From: Octopus sinensis
Taxonomy: Eukaryota
Reading direction: 5' to 3'
Assembly: GCF_006345805.1 (NCBI RefSeq)
Contig: NC_043013.1
Span: 15,748,001-15,812,000, forward strand
DNA: 64,000 nucleotides
Made by a program: the position numbers and the translations under genes. Within the stretch, counting starts at the first letter, position 1. The number at the start of each line of letters is the position of its first letter. Shown one piece after another: positions 54,356-64,000 of the stretch. The notes beneath the pieces were generated by a model. That model ran no database searches, was not told where the DNA came from, and was given only the letters and a program-made list of their open reading frames with translations.

Positions 54356-55489
54356 CTGAAAGATATAAATAAATAAAACTATCAGCAGAAAACACTAAAT
54401 TCCACATAATCAGAGACTTGGTGTTGGCCATCATAGCTATGGCTATATCAGGAGTGACATCTTTTATGTTCACAACTGGAGGAACATACATAAACTTATA
54501 CAAACATTGAAATTCCTGTAACTTTGTCCTGATCTACAACTATATTTTTCCAACCCAAATGAGAAATAGAATAAAATATCACATTTTCAGCTGCTAATAA
54601 GAATAAGAAACTAAATGATACTACTGTCTGTAGTACAAAGTTTTAAGGAGACATATATACAGATAATGATGAAAAAATACAATAAAGTTGTTAATAATGA
54701 TTATCTTTAACATAAGTACAAAGCCACAAATCTGGCAAATTAACCCAAGTACTTATTTGATTAATCCAGAAAGAACAAAAGCAAAGTTAGATTCAGTGGC
54801 ATTTGAATTAAATCCCGAGAAAGGTATTGTTATCAGGTGCTTTACAAATTCTGTCATCCACCAGTAACAAAATAATAATTCCTAGCAAGATAAAATATTT
54901 TCCAATGTGTTTTCTTAATTTCTAACACAATGTCGTGACTGTGTATAATCAACTTAATGAGCATCTAGTATATTATGGGTACTTTATCACCCACAAGATT
55001 TGAATTGAGGTAACTCACTAGAAGAAGACATGATCTAGAACCATTTCTGCTACTCTGATTTCTAACATAGGTACAAAAACAAGGCCACAAAGATTATGGC
55101 AAAATTGATATCATCAATCCTAATACTTAACAAGTACTTCCAATATTGATCCATCAACAATTAATAGTAAAAGTCAATTCTGCCAGTGAGATTTAAACAC
55201 AGACAGGATAGAAATGTAAATACTTGCAGACAATTTATTCAATACTACTGATTCTTACCAGAACATATTTCCTATTCTAAATAATATTCCTCAAAATTAT
55301 TTCCTTATACGTTATTTTCTATAAAAGTTAAGTGTCGTTAGAAGACTGTTTCTAAGCTACTGAAATTATTTTCACTATACTTTGCATAATAATACTCATC
55401 TTAATTAAATACTGTTTGTCACCAATAAAATAGTTATGTAAGATTAAAACTCCAGTAACTGCAAGGCTAATCATAGCTTGTGTGTGTGC

Positions 55490-55539
<50 letters not shown>

Positions 55540-55581
55540 CTTTATCCATAGCCATGAGAGTGGATTCACATTACAACATAC

Positions 55582-55635
55582 CATACTCAAACTTCTTAAT
55601 TTAAGCGCTTTATTCTGAGTGATCTGACCATGTTC
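55582..55635 (-). CDS. Candidate 54-nt phase 0-0 exon EHGQITQNKALKLRSLSM (87 nt with acceptor at 55668)
   Basis: Donor ATG|gtatgt is strong; acceptor ctgttcacag| is moderate; phase does not fit the phase-1 chain directly. Confidence 0.3.
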
Positions 55636-55868
55636 CTGTGAACAGGTCACCCCACGAATAGTACATATCTGTCCATCAATATATATCTATAGACACATGC
55701 GCGCGCACACACACATATATATACATACATACATAAATAAATACATACATACTTTTTCAATTATGTAGAAAGTATAAATGGAAATATCCATTAAATAAAA
55801 AAAAAAATCCCCAAACAAATGCTTTATCAATTCACTGACACAATCCAGAAGTAAACTACTAAAATTAC

Positions 55869-55942
55869 CATTATTGATAGTGACTACATTTAGAATGTTA
55901 TCAAATGTATAAGATTTCAAACTACCGACTCGATATATTTTT
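55869..55942 (-). CDS. Candidate 74-nt phase 2-1 exon (R)KIYRVGSLKSYTFDNILNVVTINN
   Basis: cccatttctgcattttag| ... AATG|gtaatt; open frame. Confidence 0.3.
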
Positions 55943-57019
55943 CTAAAATGCAGAAATGGGATCAGGCTTATTTGTTGTTTTTTTTTAATGTATAAAATGT
56001 TAACAGAGTGATAGACAATAAAAAATAAGTAGAAGCTAAAAATGCATATAACTGTATTGTAAATAAATTTAGCTACTTTAAACGGGATGAATTTTTTGTA
56101 TTTTTTTTTTTTACACATAAGCAATAAATATCAATAAGAATATTACTTGTAAGTAGAGGTGTGTGTGTGTGTGTGTAAATTATATATATAACACAACTCC
56201 TTGAAAAGATATGCCATAAATGACACTAAAAAAGTTTGAGAATGAAAAAAAATACGATATGAAAATAGTATTGTGAACTGTTGAAAATAACAGAACTGAA
56301 GAGTTGACAAAAGTTTAATGAGCTTATGGAGAGGCATTATCATGCACTGTTCTCTGCTTAGTGCCAAAGCTACTGGCCATTTAGGTTAGAAACAAGAAAA
56401 CAAAAATAGTAGTTTTACTAAAGTGTGCAAAGAAATGCTATATATAATATGCATTTGTATATATATATATATATATATGCATGTCTGCACATACGTACAA
56501 ACATGCATATAATTATGCTTTCATTTTGTGTGTTTTAGTTTGTAATTATATTATCTACACTATTAACATTCTTTTCTGAGTAATTACTTTTAAAATAAGA
56601 AAATGTCCTCTTTTTACTGAAATTCTATTAAAATAACATTGATAGCATGGAATTAGAGGATTGATTTAATTAAAGAAAATATTAAATAAAAAAGAAACTG
56701 TTTCAGCACTTTAGCTAAATGTTAATTACATGATTTCAAAATTTGTAGGAAAAAAAAAAAACAAAGATTTTGTAATCCATTTTTAATTACAAATTAAAGA
56801 AAGCAGTGCAAGACTGCCAGGAATGATTTTATTCTTCAATAAATAAATAAACAGGATCACAGAAAATATAACACTAGAAAGGAATTGTTATATATTTTCA
56901 TACAGATGGACCAACCATCTTAATTGGTTAATTATTTTATACACAAATTTACTACCTTTGAAAAAATTCAGGTGTCAAATCCAAAATATCAAAACATATA
57001 TACATATATACACACACAT

Positions 57020-57745
57020 AACATGATGCCAGTACCCACTGACTGGCTCCTGTGCAGGTGGCATGTAAAAAGCACTATCCAAACGTGATCGATGCCAGGA
57101 CTGCCTGACTGGCCCCCGTGCCGGTGGTATGTAAAAAGCACCATCCAGATGTGGCTGATACCACTACCCTCTGACTGGCTCCTGTGCTGGTGGCACATAA
57201 AAAGCACCCACTACATTCTCAGAGTGGTTTGTGTTAGGAAGGGCATCCAGCTGTAGAAACATTGCCAGAGCAGATTGGAGCCTGGTGTAGCCACTGGCTC
57301 TCCAGACCTCAATCAAACTGTCCAACCCATGCCAGCATGGAAAATGGACATTAAACGATGATGATATATGGTGGCTGAGTTCCTTTTGAGTGATGGACCT
57401 CACAGAGGCAATAACTGAGACCTCTGGCATTATGTTGTGCTTGAGAAGAAGACCCATCAAGCCAAGCAAAATCGCAGTCATGGCACATACTGGTGTCATG
57501 CAAATTGGCACCCATGCTGGTAATACGTAAACACACCCCAGTGTCATGCAAATGGCACCCGTGCCAGTGGCACGTAAGATCACCCATTACACTCTTGGAG
57601 CAGTTGGTGTTAGGAAGGCCATCCAGCCGTAGAAAACCATGCCAAATCACACTGGAGTTTGGTACAGCCTTTCAGCATGCCAGCCAGTCAAACCATCAAT
57701 CCCATGCCAACATGGAGAATGGATATTAAATGATGATATACATAT
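57020..57745 (+). mobile_element. Cluster of SINE copies (family D) with three tandem ~66-bp internal units at about 57028-57230
   Basis: Repeated tgactggctcctgtgc.ggtggcatgtaaaaagcac; ttaggaagggcatccagc...aaacgatgatgat tail. Confidence 0.8.
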
Positions 57746-58750
57746 ATATATATATAAGGATGTCGGCACAGTATCACTAAACATGTTTAGAAGTTCACCT
57801 CACAATCATAAGGCCTCAGTTTCAATTCCACTATAGGGCATCTTGAGCAAGTGTATTTCCAATAGGTTTAAGTGACCAATACCTTTTTAGTGAAATCAAG
57901 CAGATGGAAACTGAGTAGAAGCCCACTGGATCTATGATATCTATAATTCAAAAGTCCAGATGATCCTACCTGAGAATTACATTAAGAGTTACATATGTTT
58001 GTGGAATACTTGGCCACTTACATGCTAACTCTGTGAACCTAGTAGTTTAGTTGATGGAACAACTAAAACAGCCATTGTCGCAAATTCTGAGCAATTATAT
58101 ATAAGAGCTAATGCTATCTGTAGGAAATACATATTTTATGTAACATCAGAAAGTATTCTCAACCTTAACGGTTTTAATTACATTATGTTGAAGATTATTT
58201 CACAAATTCCTAATAATCATTTGCTCCTGCTGCTGCTAATAATAATAATAATAATAATAATAATATAATAATAATATTAATAATAATCTTTTAGTTTGAA
58301 TAATAAATACAAATATGAAATAAAATTCAAATTTAATTAGGAAAATACACTTTAGAGAAAAAAATGTGAACATTATGTAATATTGAAAAATAAAAACTAG
58401 TATAACTGAGATGATTAATAAACTAGAATTGTTACAGAATTATGAAGTTCTATCCTAATTGAATTAAACTAAATAAATCAATTTGAAGATGAAATATATA
58501 TACGTATGTGATTTTAAATTGTTTGAAAGAAACCAGAAAGATGATTGACTTTGTTGAACAATAGCTTTGACACAGAGCAGTAAATGCAAACTAAACAAGC
58601 AAACCTTTTTTCTGTATAAAGGGAAAACAATTAAGATGAAATGCTGTAAAAACAAAAAGAGAACTCAATTTAAAATACAACAACACACATACAAGTTCAC
58701 ACAAATTGAAATTCAAACTAAGAGTGGATGAAAGCTAGAGGAGTAAGTAC

Positions 58751-58814
58751 CTTGTGTCACTTTCTGCGACATGATTCGGCACCACTTAAACCAGCACTGC
58801 TATACAACTTGACA
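58751..58814 (-). CDS. Candidate 64-nt exon; stops in all frames from the acceptor, but ATG at 58772 gives MSQKVTQ ending in phase 1 (possible start exon)
   Basis: Very strong acceptor cttttttttttctactttgcag|, donor AAG|gtactt. Confidence 0.45.
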
Positions 58815-59439
58815 CTGCAAAGTAGAAAAAAAAAAGAAACAACTAAAAGAAATGGTAGTAAACAATTGGTAACTAACAGTGCAATAGATAACAAAAATAT
58901 AAAAAGAAAGAAAGAAAGAGAAAAGGACACTGCTACTTTTACTGAAGAAAACAGCTGCTTCTATCAGACTTGGGAGTTGTAAGCCAAATGAAGATGATAT
59001 AGAAATTCTATGTGTTGTCATAGGAACAATACACAAGGTAATTTGAAAAATAACCTTTCCATTAAGTTAAAATGTTAGAACAGAAATAGCAGTTTATTGC
59101 TTTATCCTTATCTTCAGGTCAATACTTCACCCTGTACATACCCCACCTTCATGTATTTCATTTATCTAATCTGTAAATGTACCAGATGAGATTCCTCCTC
59201 CTTTCTGCTTGTGTGCACATTTATATGGACACACTGACACTGAGGCATGTAAATACTAATATGCATATATACCTATGTATAATTTATACCTATAAAAACA
59301 CATGCATGCACACACATACATAAATACATTACAAACATATCTCCCTTCTGTTCTCTTTTCATCTCTAAGCTCTTGCTTGATGAGGCTGGAGCCATCCCAG
59401 GTTAGCGGTTCCAGAGATGTCAATGTGCATAGGGCTGAC

Positions 59440-59750
59440 CACATTCACCAGTGCCCCACATAATTGGTAGTCTGTGCCAGCCACTTTGCATCCTCCAAGG
59501 TGATGTTGAGCCTCTGGAGATCTTCCTTAATCATGTCCACCCATCTTGTGCTGGGTCTGCCACGGAGTCTCTCCCAGCCTTCTGCTACATCAAATGAGAA
59601 TAAGGCCCTGGAAGGATGATCTAGCAGAAGGCAGAGGATATGTCCATACCAGTGCATGCAGCAGATGGCTAAGAAGCAGGAGGCAAAAGGCTGATGTGTG
59701 CACACATGCAGCTCTTCACTGGAAATGGGGTGGTATAAGCTGATATTCTA
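59440..59750 (-). mobile_element. RTE-type LINE 3' coding fragment
   Basis: WYGHIL...RGRPSTRWVDMIKEDL motif typical of the RTE ORF C-terminus. Confidence 0.75.
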
Positions 59751-60650
59751 GATGGTCCTCAGGGTACTGCTACTAAGGCTATTGATCCTCTTTGCCAGGG
59801 TTTTCATGAAGGGCTACATTTCTGATTCATAGACAACAGAGAGGACCAACACATTGTAGATGTGGAGCTTCATCTTTTGGGAGACAGAACAGTAGTGTCA
59901 AGGTGGCTTCCATATACAATGCAAATAAGTGGATATGATATCAGTTTCAATGATCAATATTCAGTTGGCTGCTCAACTAAAGACCCTACACCAGTGGTTC
60001 TCAACCAGGGTTCATGTAACAAAATAGTTTGGCCACTGTTGGCTAGTGTCCCATAGTTGTAGGTTGACTAATACCTTGTGAATGAAAACTGAAAGAAGCC
60101 TGTGGCATGTGTGTGTATGAAGGAGGAGGTATCATTATCCTTTACTATCTACTTTTCCATGTCAGCATGGATCAGATGGAATTAGTGAAGGCAGATTTTC
60201 TACAGCCAGATACACTCTTCCTAGTGCCAACCCTCATCTGTTTCCAAGATAATATTTCCCATGGCCAGGAATGTTTCTCGAAAAACAAAAATAAAAACCT
60301 GGAAACAAACAACTCTAGTATGACAAGTGATGCTTATTTACATCCAATATATGACATCAAGATCTTCTGGTAAAAGACTAAAAGGCTTGGCTGCAATTTT
60401 GGGGGCGAGAGAACTTGTGGATTATGCGATGCATGGTTTGAGTGATGGTTTTCAAATCATGCTGTGGTAGGTAAAAGTCATCCACTTTGCAAGGGTAGAT
60501 AATTTCTTAAACCCCGCAGAATATGAGATGAGAGTGACACTAATTACAACTACCACACAATATTAAGACAAGGCAGTGCAAATATACACCTATTATTTCT
60601 CACATACGCAGTACATGCAATGGGTTTCTTACATGCAATGGGTTTCTTAC

Positions 60651-60780
60651 AGTTTCTGTTCAACTAATCCACTCACAAAGCTTTGGTTAGCCTGGGGCTA
60701 TACTACAAAGAAAAGTTTTGCAGTGGGACTGAATCTGAAACCATGTGGTTTGGAAGCAAACTTAACCACACAGCTATGCC
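60651..60780 (-). mobile_element. tRNA-derived SINE (family C); other copies at about 12830-12920, 17620-17765, 27490-27640, 51720-51870, 57765-57930
   Basis: atccactcacaaag...cagtgggactgaa...aaccatgtgg...ttaaccacacagc shared between copies. Confidence 0.75.
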
Positions 60781-61462
60781 TATACACACTGTTGATTCAA
60801 CTAATACAGTAGAAACATAGCTTATCCCTGTGCTAAGGATTACCACTATTGAGTGGAAGAAACGGAAAACGTCTTGTTAGAAACTACTTCAATTAGAAAC
60901 ACTGAGATAAAAGGAGAAAAGCAGTAATATTTACCAAATTAGTTTCAGTTGAGGAACATTTATTGATTAGATTTTCTATAATTTCCCCAGAAAGTGTTTG
61001 TGCATGCAGAGTACAAAGACAGTGTACAAAGACAGAGTACAAAGACAGTACTGCTCCTACAATCCAATGAGTTTACATCTTTCTTTTTCTCACTTGCTCC
61101 CTCTCTTACACAAGCACAAGCAATTTTTGTTATTGCAAATTTGAACAGAACAACTGCTTTCATAGCAGGCTATCCTCAGCAAAGAAGAGAGAGTGAAGCA
61201 AGTAGTTATATACATTGCACAAGACAATAAAGACAGACAGAATAGCTACAGAAATGTCTGAAGTCATAGTCATGATGTCAACAGTCCAGTATGTTCATCA
61301 CACACTCATTAAAAAATAAAAGAAAAAACAGAATATATATATATAGATCTACACATAGGACATCGTAAATGGTAGAAACCGAATACATTATAGTGCTTAC
61401 TTTTATACCTCTCACTTACAATTTCATATACCACCACAGTGGTATTCTCTGGCAACAAAAAA

Positions 61463-61518
61463 AGATATAAGCAGTGGTGGAACGATAGAGCTCTATCGTT
61501 CCACCACTGCTTATATCT
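61463..61518. repeat. Perfect 56-bp palindrome with no spacer
   Basis: agatataagcagtggtggaacgatagag|ctctatcgttccaccactgcttatatct. Confidence 0.98.
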
Positions 61519-62818
61519 CTCTGAGATATTTTGTGATCAGTGAATTTACTCCACTGAAATTATATATGTTTACAAAGTCTAGACAAGTATCTTCAGCTAG
61601 CAAGCCATGCTACTCCAGACTGATGACGAGCAAGACTCAGAAACATATCTCTGGATGCAGGCTTAGCTGGAGGGGGGTGCTTGTCTCCCCTTTGTAAACA
61701 TAAGGACACAGGAAATGTGTCAAGACCGACAGGAAGCGTGGATGATACCTAGGGCTAAATAGCAGTGGTGTGATTCCCTTTATGGGACTGTCACGTTAAG
61801 TTGACAGTATACAACTACTCTTTAATTCATAGTATTTTCCCAGTATGTGCCAGTTTGGCTGGGTAACATTGCAAGCAAGATTCAATGTATAATAAATAGG
61901 TATGTATGAAGGAGATAGCAGGAGTGTTGAGCAAGTATTACAACACAAAGTTGGGTACAGTATAATAGACATCCTAAGCAATGAACTTGCCCTTTAGGAA
62001 CAGAAAATACTTCAACTCCAAACAACCTACAAGGGAGGTGGGTAACAATATTACTGGCACTTGAGGCCACAAGTATAATGTCTTGTTAAAGATATCTACT
62101 CAACAAGACCTCCCTATTTGGCAAAGCCAAGATCTCAATAGCATTGATTTTATTATATTGGCACCTAGTGACTTGACTTGTAGATAGAATATGCTGTGAG
62201 ATTCATGCTTTCATTAAAAATTACTAAGTGGAAATGAAATAAAACTGAGTTACAGACTTGAACACAGGGTAAAGATATGTGTTGGTATACAATCGTGATA
62301 ACATAGTATTAAGTAAATTATTCACATATGTGGTTTCTGGAGAATTCTTCCCAAAGTTGTGAAGTAATGGCAGTCAGTTAAATTGATGAAAGAATGTAAT
62401 ATGCTTATTTTAAAACACAACACAATAAATTCATTACAACTAGGTGTAACCAATGAACTTTGAGTCAGCAGTCCACCACTGTAACAACTAAGCCCTTCAT
62501 GCATCACACAAACACACCGAAAATGAGGGCACAGTAAAGTGCAACAACCAAAAATTGGGTTTAGTAGTGGGTTCCACACTCCATCCAGTGTCCAGTGTAG
62601 TACAACATGGGACATCAACCTCTGGATAGGCTGGTGTGCAAGATATGGACCAATACAAATGATAATAACAGGGAGAAAATACATGTTATTCATTGCTTTA
62701 TAGGACATACATGTGTTTCAGTAAAACGCTGAAAAAATTACATGCAGAAATGCATGTATGTCCTATCAAGCATTGATTAACATGCCTGTTTTCTGCTTAT
62801 AAGCATTATAAACACACA

Positions 62819-63920
62819 TACACAAAGATCATTCACATATTGAATGGATATTAAAAAAAAAAACTATCTAGGAAAAAACTGATAATATTTCTAAAAAGTA
62901 CATCAAAAACAATTGTTTTTATGAATTTTAAAAATCATATCAGACAAATGGCAGCCATTGTTGGCAATACATTGATGGAGTCATTTCTGAAAGTTCTCCA
63001 TGACTCAGTGTCATCCAAGGTGGATTTGCGTTGATTTCCTCTTTGATCCTTTCCTTCAAACGCTCAAGAGTTCCAGGACAGTATTGGAAAACCTTTTTCT
63101 TTAAGTATCCCCAAAGGAAAAAGTCACAAGGGCTTAAATCTGGTGATATTGCCAGCCACCCCACATCTCCTCCTAAAAGAGAAACATTTCCCTCAACACT
63201 GAGCAAATGTCATGCTGTGTGAGCTGTGGCCCCATCCTGTTGAAACCACACATTCTGTATCCAAATCATCCTGTTTGGTGCACAGAAAGGCCTCCAACAT
63301 CTCAATCTACTAACTAGATGTAATAGTTATTGTTGCACCACCTTTATTCAAAGAAGCATGGGCCAATCACATCAAAGTCAGCAATTGTACACCAAACAGT
63401 TACATGAGAGTGAAATGGTTGTTGGTAGAGTTGATGAGGATTATGTTCAGCCCAGTAGCAAAAAAGTCTGCTTGTTTGTGGCTCCATTGATATGGAAGTG
63501 AGCCTCATTAGTACTCAGAACAACAGCTACTGTGGGAACTTGTGCAAGAATATTTTCACATATAGCTCTGCAGTTATGATTTGTCTCAGTTAATTCTTGA
63601 GCCAACTTCATCTTGTAAGGATGCAGTTTCAAATCAGCATGCAGAACCCCACTCAAGCTCCAACTTGATATTCTTAGTGCTATGCTATACTTAAAGCAGA
63701 ATACTTTGGCAATTGCTGAATGGATGCTCTTACTGCTGCCATATTTTCTGAAGTTCTAACAGTTCTATGGAACAACTTCAATATATTGACAACAAAACTC
63801 ATTAAAACAAAAGCATTTATTTATGTACTTTTTAGAAATATAATCAGTTTTTACCTAGATATTTGTGTTCCTTTTTTATATCTATTCAAAATGTGGGAGA
63901 TCTTAATGCCCCACTCAGTG
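62819..63920 (-). mobile_element. Degenerate Tc1/mariner transposase pseudogene (motifs resemble rosa/DD41D type)
   Basis: Remnants LHPYK, VLSTNEAHFHING, WFQQDG, SPDLSPCDFFLWGYLK; TA-flanked end cactgagtggggcattaagatctccc; other TIR degenerate. Confidence 0.85.
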
Positions 63921-64000
63921 TATATGAAGCTGGCTATTATACAGGGAAAATATTTTAAACTGAGTAAAATATTTATTCTTCCTAATTCACTAATTACATC

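Noticed and set aside
54356-54475. Exon starting VVNIKDVTP at the cctccag acceptor
   Set aside because: Resembles the microexon pattern, but CCT-G is followed by ATATAG rather than a GT/GC donor; possibly a dead microexon, unsupported

Overview
AT-rich, repeat-dense animal genomic DNA. The SINE, Tc1/mariner and Penelope families look like Octopus (coleoid cephalopod); this is recognition from memory, not a database result. Almost all ORFs in the supplied track are spurious or TE debris. The window appears to lie inside one long-intron, minus-strand protein-coding gene that I cannot name. Reading splice signals by eye, three 24-nt phase-1 microexons (52463-52486, 40790-40813, 29372-29395) join in frame with a 74-nt exon (23457-23530), a 138-nt exon (8648-8785) and a 52-nt exon (8428-8479). 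The predicted peptide is (G)KPLLPLP-VVKMSLIP-VETYHEAP-GKSGVVGPKKSEQLTISHGVVSDSQ-NKSGPNETEPLSSEMETVIIQGTDFAKEFEKPNDRASHIKIGRAKQ-LQLYL*. Further candidate cassette, stop-containing and recursive-splice (AG|GT) elements lie between these exons. The introns hold four or five degenerate Tc1/mariner elements (one rearranged into a fold-back), a TSD-flanked Penelope element with GIY-YIG, a tRNA-like segment and a hammerhead-ribozyme core, a non-autonomous Helitron, LINE fragments, many SINEs, perfect palindromes and micro/minisatellites. All exon calls are predictions without transcript evidence.
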